The notes: generated by a model from the letters alone, not told the origin. 64,000 nt of DNA from Candidatus Kerfeldbacteria bacterium (GCA_016182495.1 JACPGK010000022.1:11092-75091); one strand, 5' to 3'; counted from the stretch's first letter, positions 29,933-41,058 are shown. Numbers and translations: made by a program.

Positions 29933-31348
29933 ATGCAGCGGATTACTCGGAAAAATTTTTTTGCAGCTTTAACGGCTGTTTTTTTATTCAGCGCTATTCC
30001 GGTTGTTACCCAAGCTGCTAGCTATATTCGATCACCACAAGTACGTTTGTGGTCAGAAACTAGCAGTGGGTATCAATCACCCAAGCAGTTTTTTGCTTAT
30101 GATGCCAGTTTTACTGGTGGTGGCACAGTCGCAGTGGGCGATGTCGGTAAAGATAGAATTAATGAAATTATTACCGCCGCTGGGCCGGGAGGTAGTCCGC
30201 AAATTCGGATTTTTCGAGTAGATGGCTCATTCATCGGACAATTTTATGCCTACGATCAAGGGTTGCGATCCGGCGTTAATGTGGCCAGTGGCAATATTGA
30301 TAAAGACGCCTCTGGTGAAATTGTCACCGCACCAAAACAAGGTGGTGGTCCGCAGGTGCGGGTATTCACTGGCCGAGGCCAAGTGGACCAAACCGTTGGG
30401 TTTTTTGCCTACGATGAACAGTTTCATGGCGGAGTGAATGTAGCCGTTGGTGACCTCACGGGTGACGGTATTGATGAAATCATTACCGGTAATGGCATAG
30501 ATGGATCACCACACGTGCGCGTATTTTCTGGTGCTGGCCAATGGTTAGGATTAGACTTTTTTCCATTTGCCGAAACTATGCGCGGCGGTGTGAGTGTGGC
30601 TAGTGGTAATATCGATGGCGGCAATGATGAAGAAATTATTACAGCGGTGCAATCAGGCGGTCAGGCTTGGGTAAAAATTTATAAATATAATTCCGCGCGT
30701 ACAATTATAGCTGAATGGAAAGCCTGGCCAGATGATTTTACCGGCGGTATCAACGTGGCGGCTGGTGACGTTGATAATGACGACCGCGATGAAGTGATTG
30801 TGGCTATCAATGGGCGAGGTGGACCGCAAGTAAAAATATTTGAAGCCGATGGCACCGCCATTAATCCAGGCTGGTTTGTGTACGAAGAAGATTTTTATAG
30901 CGGAGTAAGTGTAGCCGTCGGGCAAATTGATCAATCCGCCCAGGCCGAAATTGTCACCTTGCCGAGCAAACTTCCACCCGATGGCCGCACCGATGTTGAT
31001 CGGTATGTGCGGGTTGATTTAAGCGAGCAACGTTTGTACGCTTACGATCATGGTTATCAAGTAAACACATTTTTAATATCGTCTGGTTTACCCCGTACTC
31101 CCACACCGCCAGGGGAATATCATATTCAACGTAAAATTTATAGCCACCTGTATTCTGGCCCGGGTTATTATTTACCAAATACACTCTACAATTTACAATT
31201 TCGCCCGCACTACTATTTACATGGCGCGTATTGGCATAACAATTTTGGTCATCCCATGAGCCACGGTTGTGTGAACATTCACTACGATAACGCTAAGTGG
31301 CTGTACGATTGGATGCAGCCAGGAGATTTAGCAATGATTGAATTATAG
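29933..31348 (+). CDS. secreted FG-GAP-repeat protein with C-terminal L,D-transpeptidase (YkuD) domain
   Basis: Repeated GVxVAxGD..GD..DEII..GGxPQVR units; LHGAYWHNNFGHPMSHGCVN. Confidence 0.9.
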   Translation: MQRITRKNFFAALTAVFLFSAIPVVTQAASYIRSPQVRLWSETSSGYQSPKQFFAYDASFTGGGTVAVGDVGKDRINEIITAAGPGGSPQIRIFRVDGSFIGQFYAYDQGLRSGVNVASGNIDKDASGEIVTAPKQGGGPQVRVFTGRGQVDQTVGFFAYDEQFHGGVNVAVGDLTGDGIDEIITGNGIDGSPHVRVFSGAGQWLGLDFFPFAETMRGGVSVASGNIDGGNDEEIITAVQSGGQAWVKIYKYNSARTIIAEWKAWPDDFTGGINVAAGDVDNDDRDEVIVAINGRGGPQVKIFEADGTAINPGWFVYEEDFYSGVSVAVGQIDQSAQAEIVTLPSKLPPDGRTDVDRYVRVDLSEQRLYAYDHGYQVNTFLISSGLPRTPTPPGEYHIQRKIYSHLYSGPGYYLPNTLYNLQFRPHYYLHGAYWHNNFGHPMSHGCVNIHYDNAKWLYDWMQPGDLAMIEL

Positions 31349-31861
31349 ATTGTCAAAATAGATCGAGTCAGGTATTCTCCTAATACTCTGGAGGAGAGTG
31401 ATGTATCAAATAGGCACCTGTTTTAATTGTGGACGAGTTGATCGACGCCTGCGTTGTCGCAGAAGCGATGATTTGGTACGGTGTGATACTTGAAGGAATA
31501 GCTCATATGGCTGTTCCTTTACCATTTTTCGGGATTATTCCTAATGTACCGGCGGACGAAAAATAATTCCCGTTCAGAATGAATTATTCGTTCATAATAT
31601 CGGGATTGCCATTGAAAATGAAGTAACGGCGGATTTATATGTTTGCATAATTGATGGCAATGAATGACGCGGTAATGGACCGAATGTATTTTTTTTAACG
31701 GGCGTTCGATAATCCTAATCTGATAATCGAATTGATGAAATACGATAACGATTTTGATATTTTTTCTGCCACATAAAAAGCGCTTCCTGGTCTGGCAGCG
31801 TAAAATTTTTGTTGCAATTTCATTTGACCTAAAATCAAAATTGTTTTATTGTACATAAAAT

Positions 31862-33256
31862 ATGAAAAAAGCAATCATTGTTTCGGTGATAACAACTGCC
31901 TGCCTGCCCATAGCTGCCTTGGCAGTTGATAGCATGAATCCAGAAGTACGAGTATTCAATGCTAATTTTGAACAAACTGCCAGCTTTACTGCTCTCGATG
32001 GTAAATTTCAAGGTGGCACAGATGTGGCGGTAGCCGATATCACCGGCGACGGCCAAGCTGAAATTATTGTAGCAGCCAGCCGGGGCGGTGGACCATTAGT
32101 ACAGGTATACCAGGCTGATGGCCAGTTGTTAAATCAATTTTTTGCCTATGATCAAAATTTACGTGCTGGTGTAAAGGTAGCCGCTGGTGATTTAAACAAG
32201 GATGGCAAAGCTGAAATTATTACGGGAGTAGAAGCTGGCGGCGGTCCCCAAATACGAATTTTTAATGGCGCTGGCCAACCCCAATTTACTGGTGGTTTTT
32301 TTGCTTTTGATAGCAGTTTTCGAGGCGGGGTAGATGTGACGGTTGGTGATTTTAATGGCGATGGTACAGTAGAGATCGCCGCTGCGGCTGGCCCAGGCGG
32401 CTCACCCCATGTGCGCCTATTCAACAAAAAAGGTAATTTTATTGGTACAGAGTTTCGGCCTTTTGCCGCTGATAATCATGGTGGCGTTAGCTTAGCCACA
32501 GCCAATGTGGATGGCGGTGCCGATGATGAACTGGTCATGTCTATTCACTCGGCTGGAGAAGGCTGGGTGAAAGTATATAAAAATAATGGTCAAATTATCG
32601 GTGAGTGGAAAAATTTTCCCGGCTTGTATAGTGGAGTGGTGGTAGCAGCTGGCGATGTTGATGCTGATGGGTTTGATGAAATTGCCGTAAGCCCACGACA
32701 AAGTGCCGGGCCACAAGTGTTGTTTTTTGAAGGGCATGGTCAATTGATGAATACCGGTTTTTTTGCTTACCCCAGTGATTTTCGTGGCGGTGTTCGGATA
32801 GCTGGTGGAGATACGAATGGCGATGGAGTTGATGAATGGGTCACTGTGCCAGGTAAAAATCGTGCCCAAGGTAGAGCCGACCTAGTGCGTTATATCGAAA
32901 CTGATATTTCTGAACAAACTACTCGCGTGTACGAATACGGTGAATTGGTGCGCAAATTTAAAGTATCAACCGGCATCGTTCGCTATCCCACACCCATCGG
33001 TCAATGGCAGGTGCTACAAAAAATCTATAATAAAGATTACGAATGGACGTACGGTCCTGATCATCCGGATAATTATAATATCAAAAATGTAAAATGGAAT
33101 TTACGCTATAATGGCCCACTGTATTTACACTATGCCTATTGGCATAATAATTTTGGCTACCGCATGAGTCATGGTTGTACCAATATTGATCGTGTCAATG
33201 CCGAGTGGCTTTATAATTGGGCCCAAGTAGGCGATGTTGTCATTAATAAAGATTAG
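31862..33256 (+). CDS. secreted FG-GAP-repeat L,D-transpeptidase (paralog)
   Basis: Same repeats; LHYAYWHNNFGYRMSHGCTN. Confidence 0.9.
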   Translation: MKKAIIVSVITTACLPIAALAVDSMNPEVRVFNANFEQTASFTALDGKFQGGTDVAVADITGDGQAEIIVAASRGGGPLVQVYQADGQLLNQFFAYDQNLRAGVKVAAGDLNKDGKAEIITGVEAGGGPQIRIFNGAGQPQFTGGFFAFDSSFRGGVDVTVGDFNGDGTVEIAAAAGPGGSPHVRLFNKKGNFIGTEFRPFAADNHGGVSLATANVDGGADDELVMSIHSAGEGWVKVYKNNGQIIGEWKNFPGLYSGVVVAAGDVDADGFDEIAVSPRQSAGPQVLFFEGHGQLMNTGFFAYPSDFRGGVRIAGGDTNGDGVDEWVTVPGKNRAQGRADLVRYIETDISEQTTRVYEYGELVRKFKVSTGIVRYPTPIGQWQVLQKIYNKDYEWTYGPDHPDNYNIKNVKWNLRYNGPLYLHYAYWHNNFGYRMSHGCTNIDRVNAEWLYNWAQVGDVVINKD

Positions 33257-33812
33257 TTTTGGATTATGGTGGTGGCTGCCGATGATGGCTATGGCTGCCA
33301 GTATTCCACAAGCTTCGGATGTGATATTAGTATATGATAATGCTAATACTGAACAACAAGGTAAGTACAATTTTCTTTTTACCGTACAGAATGATCCTAT
33401 CATCTACCCTTGTGAAGGTAATCGTTGTAGTATGGTTAACTTTCGTGCACTAGGTGAAGCTACCATCACAGTATATAAATTACCAGAAGGATTTCCGCGC
33501 GTTGCTGGCCTGCAGGATCAAGCCAAATTACAAGAGTATATTAACCAAGCAGATCAGCACTATAGGCTTACTGGTATCGCCACAAATTGGGATACTACCA
33601 GCGATGGTCGGCCGTACCAGTTAGTGTATCTATCGCCTGATGGTAGTTACCGGATAGAGGCAGAAACCTATTCTAAGCCCAGTACTAACAGTAATGTTAC
33701 CACTGCCACGGATCGTACTACTTTACCCAAGTGGTTATGGGGGCTTATTGGTATCGGCACAGTAGTGATAGTGATAGCAGGGGCATTATGGTGGCGCATT
33801 CGACGACTTTGA
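33234..33812 (+). CDS. hypothetical exported protein with C-terminal TM anchor
   Basis: Signal-like N-terminus; C-terminal TM followed by RIRRL; start uncertain. Confidence 0.6.
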   Translation: MLSLIKISFGLWWWLPMMAMAASIPQASDVILVYDNANTEQQGKYNFLFTVQNDPIIYPCEGNRCSMVNFRALGEATITVYKLPEGFPRVAGLQDQAKLQEYINQADQHYRLTGIATNWDTTSDGRPYQLVYLSPDGSYRIEAETYSKPSTNSNVTTATDRTTLPKWLWGLIGIGTVVIVIAGALWWRIRRL

Positions 33813-33828
33813 TATATACTACGCTGCG

Positions 33829-35532
33829 ATGACCGTTCGACGCCAATTACAACTGATGGTGTTAATGATTGTCTTGCTCACTGTTGGAGCGGCTGTGGTT
33901 GATTATCCTCAAGGACCAAATATTACTTGGCGGGGTGAATTAGTGCGGGAGTTAAAAATTCATCTGGGACTCGATTTACAAGGTGGTACCTCATTGGTCT
34001 ATCAAGCCGATGTTTCACAAGTACCAGCTGATGAAGTGACCGAAGCCATGGCTGGAGTGCGCGATGTGATTGAGCGACGCATCAACGCTTTTGGTGTATC
34101 AGAAGCCGTGGTGCAAACTAATCGGGTAGGGGAGAATTGGCGAGTGATTGTTGAATTACCAGGTGTTACCGACGTTAATGCAGCGGTGAAGCAAATTGGT
34201 GAGACGCCGTTATTGGAGTTTAAGGTAGAAAAAGTTGATGCTGAATTAACCGATGAACAACGTCAATTCATCCAATCATTAAATGAACAGAGTAAACAGG
34301 AAGCCCAAACTCTGCTTGATCGTATTTTGGCTGGAGAAGATTTTGCCGAAATTGCCAAAGCCGAAAGTCAAGATGATGCCAGTGGTGGCAAAGGCGGCGA
34401 TCTGGGTTATTTTGGTCGAGGTGATATGGTAGAATCATTTGAACAAGCTGCCTTTGCTGGTACAGTGGGCGAGGTGATTCCAAATATAGTGGAATCTGAT
34501 TATGGCTATCATATTATCAAGGTGGTTGATCATACTACGGGAAATCCAAATACCCTGAACGCCGCAGATACTAATACGGCTGAAAACGATGCAGTGGCCG
34601 ATGAAGAAGTGGTGCGAGCAGCTCATATTTTAATCAAGAAAATACCAGAATCAATCGATGTGTTTGGTCCGCAATACGATAACACCGAACTGACTGGCCG
34701 TAATTTAAAACGATCCGAGGTACAGTTTGATCCCACCACCAATCAACCCGTAGTCGCTTTACAATTTGATGACGACGGGTCAAAATTATTTGAAGACATC
34801 ACCAAAAATAATGTTGGTAAAACTGTAGCGATTTATTTAGATGGTTCGCCCATTAGTACCCCGTTAGTGAACGAAGCTATTAGCGGTGGTCAAGCCGTTA
34901 TTCAAGGAGAGTTTACGCTTGATGAAGCTAAACAATTAGCTCGGCGCTTAAATGCCGGAGCCTTACCGGTTAAAATTGAATTAGTGAATCAACGCAATGT
35001 TGGGCCCACGTTAGGCGAAGATGCCATTCAACGTAGCGTCACCGCTGGTATTTTAGGTGTTATCTTACTGGCTATTTTTATGATAGCCTATTACCGTTGG
35101 CCAGGGTTGGTAGCTGTACTGGCTTTGGGTATTTACACTCTAGTGTTATTGGCAGTATTTAAATTATGGCCAGTTACCCTCACTTTGGCTGGGGTAGCTG
35201 GGTTTATTTTTTCACTAGGCGTAGCTGTTGATGCCAATGTGCTTATTTTTGAACGCTTAAAGGAAGAACTACGTCAAGGCAAAGCTTTACAAACCGCTAT
35301 TGATGATGGTTTTAAACGAGCCTGGTTATCAATTCGTGATTCCAATGTGTCATCATTAATTACCTGTTTCATTTTAAGCTGGTTTGGCACTTCTATTATT
35401 AAAGGTTTTGCCGTAACATTAGCACTTGGAATTATTATTAGTATGTTTTCCGCTATTACAGTAACACGCACCTTACTCAAAGTATTACCAGTAAAACATT
35501 CATTATGGTACGGAGTGAAACAACCGAAATAA
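33829..35532 (+). CDS. secD: protein translocase subunit SecD with inserted parvulin PPIase domain
   Basis: LGLDLQGG, IERRINAFGVSE, GALP, VDANVLIFER, DSNVSSLI; insert GGDLGYFGRG...GYHIIKV. Confidence 0.95.
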   Translation: MTVRRQLQLMVLMIVLLTVGAAVVDYPQGPNITWRGELVRELKIHLGLDLQGGTSLVYQADVSQVPADEVTEAMAGVRDVIERRINAFGVSEAVVQTNRVGENWRVIVELPGVTDVNAAVKQIGETPLLEFKVEKVDAELTDEQRQFIQSLNEQSKQEAQTLLDRILAGEDFAEIAKAESQDDASGGKGGDLGYFGRGDMVESFEQAAFAGTVGEVIPNIVESDYGYHIIKVVDHTTGNPNTLNAADTNTAENDAVADEEVVRAAHILIKKIPESIDVFGPQYDNTELTGRNLKRSEVQFDPTTNQPVVALQFDDDGSKLFEDITKNNVGKTVAIYLDGSPISTPLVNEAISGGQAVIQGEFTLDEAKQLARRLNAGALPVKIELVNQRNVGPTLGEDAIQRSVTAGILGVILLAIFMIAYYRWPGLVAVLALGIYTLVLLAVFKLWPVTLTLAGVAGFIFSLGVAVDANVLIFERLKEELRQGKALQTAIDDGFKRAWLSIRDSNVSSLITCFILSWFGTSIIKGFAVTLALGIIISMFSAITVTRTLLKVLPVKHSLWYGVKQPK

Positions 35533-36434
35533 AATTATATAATATTTTAGGCACGCGGTACTGGTGGTATGCTATCTCCACTAGTCTGATTATTGTCAGT
35601 TTGGTGATGTATGGCCTGTATGGTTTTCGTTTAGGGATCGATTTTACCGGTGGTTCATTAATACAAGTGCACTATCAAACTAGCGTCCCTAACCCCAGTA
35701 CTATTAATGAACAACTTCAGCCAGTTAATTTAGGCGATACCATCATTCAACCAGCTGGTGATAACACCATGATCATTCGCAGTCGATTTTTAAACGATGA
35801 TGAACGACAAGCAGTACTGGCTGCTCTCGGACCCGATGTAGTGGAAGATAGTTTTGAATCGGTTGGCCCGACTGTGGGAGAAGAGCTTCAACAAAAAGCC
35901 ATTCAGGCTATCGTACTCGTTATCCTAGCCATTGTTATTTATATTACCTGGGCTTTTCGTAGTGTGGCCAAAGGTCCGGTACCATCATGGGCCTATGGTT
36001 TATCAACGATCATAGCTTTAGCACACGATGTTATTATCACAGTAGGTGTATTTGTAGTGTTGGGGCATTGGTATGGTGTTGAACTGAATGCCATGTTTAT
36101 TACTGCTTTGCTCACCATTCTTGGTTTTTCAGTGCATGATACCATCGTGGTATTCGATCGCATTCGTGAAGGTTTACGGCGTAGTGCTCAACGCACCTTT
36201 AGCGGTGTGATTAATGAAAGTATTAATTTCACTTTAATGCGTTCTCTTAATACTTCAACCACCGCCTTGATTGTATTAGCCGTACTGTTTTTATTTGGAG
36301 GGGAATCAACCCGATGGTTTGTGTTTGCTTTACTTATAGGCATTATTGTTGGAACGTACTCTTCTATTTTTATTGCCAGTCCTACACTATTACTGTGGCA
36401 GAAATTTTTACGCGGTAAAAAAGGGTCAATTTAA
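35505..36434 (+). CDS. secF: protein translocase subunit SecF
   Basis: LGIDFTGG, HDV, GFSVHDTIVVFDRIRE, RSLNTS, GTYSSIFIASP; start uncertain. Confidence 0.95.
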   Translation: MVRSETTEIKLYNILGTRYWWYAISTSLIIVSLVMYGLYGFRLGIDFTGGSLIQVHYQTSVPNPSTINEQLQPVNLGDTIIQPAGDNTMIIRSRFLNDDERQAVLAALGPDVVEDSFESVGPTVGEELQQKAIQAIVLVILAIVIYITWAFRSVAKGPVPSWAYGLSTIIALAHDVIITVGVFVVLGHWYGVELNAMFITALLTILGFSVHDTIVVFDRIREGLRRSAQRTFSGVINESINFTLMRSLNTSTTALIVLAVLFLFGGESTRWFVFALLIGIIVGTYSSIFIASPTLLLWQKFLRGKKGSI

Positions 36435-36483
36435 GTTTAACCATAATATTGACAGTTTGTAAAAAAAATGCTATACTTCTGGC

Positions 36484-37560
36484 ATGCAAACTGGTTCTAT
36501 ATTAGATCGCATTATTGCTAGCAAAGAAGATCAAGCCAAACAAAATTTTGATCCAGCCGAGGTTATTGCCATTATTTTAAAAAAGCTCACCACTAAAGAG
36601 GCTGATGTTTTACAGCGCCGATTTGGTTTAAACGGGGTAGCTCAAGAAACCCTCGAAGCCATTGGTAATTCGTACCACGTCACTCGCGAACGAGTTCGTC
36701 AGATTGAAAATTTAGCGATCAAAAAGCTACAACACGATCCTAATTTTAGCAACCTGATGAAACCAATTGAACACGTTGTTATGACTGTTTTAGGTGAACA
36801 TGGTGGTATGATGAGCGAAGCCCAGCTGCTGGAAGAATTATTTTTAGGGGTGCGTTCGGCTAGCAATGATCAAGCTATTCTGTTTATTTTGTCAGAATTA
36901 GTTGATTATCGTTTCGATCAAATTGGTCCTGATGAAGAATTTCTCAAGGCTTGGAAAAATAAAACTACTGATATTGCTGCTATTGAAACAATCATTACCC
37001 AGTTAATTAATATCATCGCTGCTGCTAATCAGCCATTAAGCTTTGTGGATATTTATAATAAGATCAACGATCACACCATATCACGCTCGGCGGTAGAATC
37101 ATACTTACGTATTAGTAATCAGCTGGCTCGTAACCCTTTTGATGAATTTGGTTTGCAACAATGGGGTAGCGTGATACCGCGACGGATGAATGATAAAATT
37201 TATTTAGTATTAAAAAAGTTTGGTAAGCCGATGCATTTTGTAGACATCGCCCAAAAAATAACCGAAGTGTTTAAAAAAGAAGCCTATCCGCCAACCGTGC
37301 ATAATGAGTTGATTTTAAATAAACAGTATGTGTTAGTTGGTCGCGGCATTTATGCTTTACATGAATGGGGGTATCAACGTGGCGTAGTGGCCGATGTGGT
37401 GGCAGAAATTTTAAAAGCTAGCCCGCAACCATTAACGCGCGATGATATTGTGGCAGCGGTCTTAGAACAGCGGCTAGTGAAGCGTAATACCATTCATTTG
37501 GCGCTCACCAATAAACAACGGTTCGTGCGTTTAACGGACGGCCGTTATACTTTAGCGTAA
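36484..37560 (+). CDS. sigma-70 region-4 HTH protein with additional winged-helix domains
   Basis: RRFGL...TLEAIG...VTRERVRQIE; HNELI, VLVGRGIYAL; TTGACA/TATACT promoter upstream. Confidence 0.8.
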   Translation: MQTGSILDRIIASKEDQAKQNFDPAEVIAIILKKLTTKEADVLQRRFGLNGVAQETLEAIGNSYHVTRERVRQIENLAIKKLQHDPNFSNLMKPIEHVVMTVLGEHGGMMSEAQLLEELFLGVRSASNDQAILFILSELVDYRFDQIGPDEEFLKAWKNKTTDIAAIETIITQLINIIAAANQPLSFVDIYNKINDHTISRSAVESYLRISNQLARNPFDEFGLQQWGSVIPRRMNDKIYLVLKKFGKPMHFVDIAQKITEVFKKEAYPPTVHNELILNKQYVLVGRGIYALHEWGYQRGVVADVVAEILKASPQPLTRDDIVAAVLEQRLVKRNTIHLALTNKQRFVRLTDGRYTLA

Positions 37561-37568
37561 TTTTATTT

Positions 37569-39137
37569 ATGCCCCCGTTTCTGCAAGCTCTCCTGATCGA
37601 GTACGGCTCTAATCCATTCAAGGCATTTTGGTTTTTGTTTAGCCATGGTGGGTCCTTGGTGATTATTCCGTTTATGGTGCATTACGCTTGGCGTGGTTGG
37701 ATTTTGTATATTGAAGAATTAGTCAAACATCACCGTAAATACAAAATGTATCGCATTGAAGTACCGCAAAACAACGAACAAAGTATGAAAGCGGTGGAAC
37801 AAATTTTTGTACATATTTATGGCACCAAAGATCATCCTCATAATCGAGTGCATAAGTATTGGCATGGGTTTTGGCAAGAAGAATTTAGTTTTGAACTAGT
37901 TAGTGATGGTGGTTATATCAGTTTTCATGTCCGTACCCCAGCCTACTATGGCGAATTGGTTCAAGCAGCTTTTTATGCACAATATCCTGATGCCGTATTA
38001 ACCGAGATAGAGGATTATACTAAAGAAATTACTCCAGAAATGATTATGTCTGAAAAAATCCGTTGCTGGGGATCAGAAATGGAACTAGAACAAACTGATG
38101 TGAGACCAATTAAATGTTGGCCAGCGTGGGAACATAACTTAGTCGGTCGAGCAGTTGATCCGTTAGCTTCAATTTTAGAATTTATGAGTCGCCTTCAGCC
38201 CGGTGAACGATTGTGGTATCAATTAATTTGTCAACCAGATGACCTGCCAGAATTAAAAGAACGGGCCAAAGAATTGATCGATTCAGTAGTAGAACCTGGC
38301 GGAGTGCATCATGGAGCGTCAATTCTTGACCGTATTATTGATTTCCCAATAAAGTTACTAGAATATCTTGGTATGGCTGTATTTGGTGGAGAGGCTACTC
38401 CGGTCATTCACGAAACAGGTTTAACTGAACGACAACGTCTCACCACTCCAGAACGAGAATTAGTTGAAGAAGTTGATCGTAAAGCCTCTCGCTGGCCATT
38501 TCGCTGCAAGTTACGGTTTATGTATTTTGCTTCTCCAAAACTATACGATGAAAAAAAGGGCCGTCGCGGCATGGTAGGTGGATTAAAGTTGTATCGTTTT
38601 ATTAATGCTTTTGAAGAAGGTCATCGTACGCGTACCGAAGTAGCTACCTTATGGCTTCGTTGGATTGCTCCTCATATCAGAATATTGTGGCGAGCCCGTC
38701 GCATGCTGTGGGCCTATAAATCACGTGATACCGAACGAGGAGAGCATCATGGTTTTATTTTGAGTACCGAAGAAATTGCCAGTGTATTTCATTTTCCGCA
38801 AATTGAAGTGCGGGCGCCATTTGTGGCAAAAACTGCTAGTCGGGGAGTTGAACCACCCACTCAATTACGCTATGGTGCGGTAGAAGAAGCTTTGGTTGGC
38901 GCCAGTGTTAGTATAGAACGAGATGATGTTGCAGCCAACGAGTTACCGCGGGCTAATATTGTGCCTGAAGAGGCGAATAGTCATCCAGGAGCCATTCCTC
39001 CAGGAACGCGCTTCTCTACACCAATCGTTCGGGTTGAACCAACTTCGACTGCGGTTACACCAGTAAACACTGCCCCAGCTAGTGCCAAGGCTGAACCATC
39101 AGGCCCAACCCCACCACCTAATTTACCAATTGTGTAA
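37569..39137 (+). CDS. conserved hypothetical membrane protein, partner of the downstream ATPase
   Basis: N-terminal TM, FSFEL, YAQYPDA, LSTEEIASVFHFP, Pro-rich tail. Confidence 0.7.
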   Translation: MPPFLQALLIEYGSNPFKAFWFLFSHGGSLVIIPFMVHYAWRGWILYIEELVKHHRKYKMYRIEVPQNNEQSMKAVEQIFVHIYGTKDHPHNRVHKYWHGFWQEEFSFELVSDGGYISFHVRTPAYYGELVQAAFYAQYPDAVLTEIEDYTKEITPEMIMSEKIRCWGSEMELEQTDVRPIKCWPAWEHNLVGRAVDPLASILEFMSRLQPGERLWYQLICQPDDLPELKERAKELIDSVVEPGGVHHGASILDRIIDFPIKLLEYLGMAVFGGEATPVIHETGLTERQRLTTPERELVEEVDRKASRWPFRCKLRFMYFASPKLYDEKKGRRGMVGGLKLYRFINAFEEGHRTRTEVATLWLRWIAPHIRILWRARRMLWAYKSRDTERGEHHGFILSTEEIASVFHFPQIEVRAPFVAKTASRGVEPPTQLRYGAVEEALVGASVSIERDDVAANELPRANIVPEEANSHPGAIPPGTRFSTPIVRVEPTSTAVTPVNTAPASAKAEPSGPTPPPNLPIV

Positions 39138-39138
39138 T

Positions 39139-41055
39139 ATGGCCAATGAACACATAACTGTATTTGCTGCTACCAACTTCCGTAATCAACGGCGCAATTT
39201 TGGTATTAAAGTTGATGATCGTCGCCGGCACATGTATTTGGTTGGTAAAACTGGCATGGGCAAATCAACCGTGATTGAGAATACTATTATTAATGATATT
39301 CGCGCTGGTCATGGCGTGGCCTTAGTTGACCCGCACGGTGATTTGGCGGAAAAAGTATTACGATATATTCCTACCAGTCGAGTAAATGACGTGATTTATT
39401 TTAATCCGGCTGACATTAATTATCCCGTAGCTTTTAACATTTTAGAAAGTGTTGGTCCGGAATACAAACATCTGGTGGCCTATGGTTTAGTAGGAGTATT
39501 CAAAAAAATCTGGGCTGATTCCTGGGGGCCACGCATGGAATATATTTTAACCAATACCATTTTAGCTTTGCTGGATTATCCCGGTAGTTCATTATTAGGC
39601 GTCATGCGCATGTTGGTAGATAAAGCCTATCGTAAAAAAGTAGTTTCTAAAGTGACCGATCCAGTGGTCAAAACATTTTGGACGGATGAATTCGCCAATT
39701 ATTCAGAAAAGTTTCGTTCCGAAGCCATTGCTCCAATTCAAAACAAAGTTGGACAATTTTTAGCTTCATCGATTATTCGTAATATCGTTGGTCAATCCAA
39801 AAGCACTATTGAAATGCGCGAAATCATGGATAATCAAAAAATTCTCATCATGAATTTATCAAAAGGCCGGGTAGGCGAAGAGAGTTCTGCCTTGCTTGGA
39901 GCCATGATGATTACGAAATTACAAATTGCCGCCATGAGCCGAGTAGATATTCCGGAAGAAGACCGCAAAGATTTTTATCTCTATGTTGATGAATTTCAAA
40001 ATTTTGCCACGGATAGTTTTGCTGGAATACTATCGGAAGCTCGTAAATACCGCCTCTGTTTAATTATGGCGCATCAATATTTAGAACAATTGGGAGATGT
40101 GGTGAAAGCAGCCGTGTTTGGTAACGTTGGTACTATAGTAGTGTTTCGAGTAGGTGCCACTGATGCCACAGAGATGGAGCCAGAATTCGCTCCCCAGTTT
40201 ACCGCGCAAGATTTAGTGAATTTAAAAAAATATACTTTTTGTTTACGTTTAATGATTGATGGAGTAGCCACCGAACCGTTTTCAGGCATTGGTTTACCAC
40301 CAGTCACCGGCGAAACCGATGTGTTTGATAAAATTATTCGAGTGTCGAGAGAACGCTATGCTCGCCCTCGCGCCATGGTTGAGGAGCGGATATTGCGCTG
40401 GAGTGGAGTGGAAATCACCGGTGCCATTAAACCGGCTGGTGAAGAAGCTAATACTGAAGCGAGCGATGAGGATACCACTGACGATACCACAATGGATATT
40501 CCTGCTGCTGTGGAAACTAATCAACCAGCGACTGGCTCGGTGGTAAGTTTAATACCAGAAGAACCCGACCTGCCAATAACTGTATCAACCAGTCCAGAGG
40601 TAAAGCCAATTCGTCCGAAGATTAATTTTGTTCGTTTGGAACTACCAGATGATGACATCAAGCCAGCTGTTCCGAATCCAGTAACCGTTGAAGCAGTTCA
40701 GCCCAGTACACCAGTCCCACCGTCTAAACCAATAGTTATTCCAGCTCATACTGTGTCCTTGTCAGATTTGCGCCAAGGCAATGTTGAGCGCGTTAGTTTT
40801 TCTGGCAGTCAAAACCGATCACCTCAACAACCACAGCTTCAACCACAGCCATCGACCATGGCAGAAGACCCTGTACGTAAAAAACGCCACCGCCGTCGCA
40901 ATAAAAAACCAAGCCAAGATCAATGGCAAAATACAACACCTGTACAGCCACCAATCCAACCAGTTCGTCCGCCTGCACCCAAGCCAGTGCCACCACCAGC
41001 CAACAATCAAACGATTGATCCAACCAAGGTATCATTGAATGATTTGTTTAATTAA
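39139..41055 (+). CDS. VirD4/TraG/HerA-like (DUF87) ATPase with disordered Pro/Gln tail
   Basis: GKTGMGKST, DPHGD, YVDEFQNF, SEARKY, FGNVGT. Confidence 0.85.
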   Translation: MANEHITVFAATNFRNQRRNFGIKVDDRRRHMYLVGKTGMGKSTVIENTIINDIRAGHGVALVDPHGDLAEKVLRYIPTSRVNDVIYFNPADINYPVAFNILESVGPEYKHLVAYGLVGVFKKIWADSWGPRMEYILTNTILALLDYPGSSLLGVMRMLVDKAYRKKVVSKVTDPVVKTFWTDEFANYSEKFRSEAIAPIQNKVGQFLASSIIRNIVGQSKSTIEMREIMDNQKILIMNLSKGRVGEESSALLGAMMITKLQIAAMSRVDIPEEDRKDFYLYVDEFQNFATDSFAGILSEARKYRLCLIMAHQYLEQLGDVVKAAVFGNVGTIVVFRVGATDATEMEPEFAPQFTAQDLVNLKKYTFCLRLMIDGVATEPFSGIGLPPVTGETDVFDKIIRVSRERYARPRAMVEERILRWSGVEITGAIKPAGEEANTEASDEDTTDDTTMDIPAAVETNQPATGSVVSLIPEEPDLPITVSTSPEVKPIRPKINFVRLELPDDDIKPAVPNPVTVEAVQPSTPVPPSKPIVIPAHTVSLSDLRQGNVERVSFSGSQNRSPQQPQLQPQPSTMAEDPVRKKRHRRRNKKPSQDQWQNTTPVQPPIQPVRPPAPKPVPPPANNQTIDPTKVSLNDLFN

Positions 41056-41058
41056 GTC

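Noticed and set aside
31349-31861. Short Cys-containing ORF after GGAGG between the two transpeptidases
   Set aside because: Stops after about 30 codons; possibly a decayed gene but not identifiable
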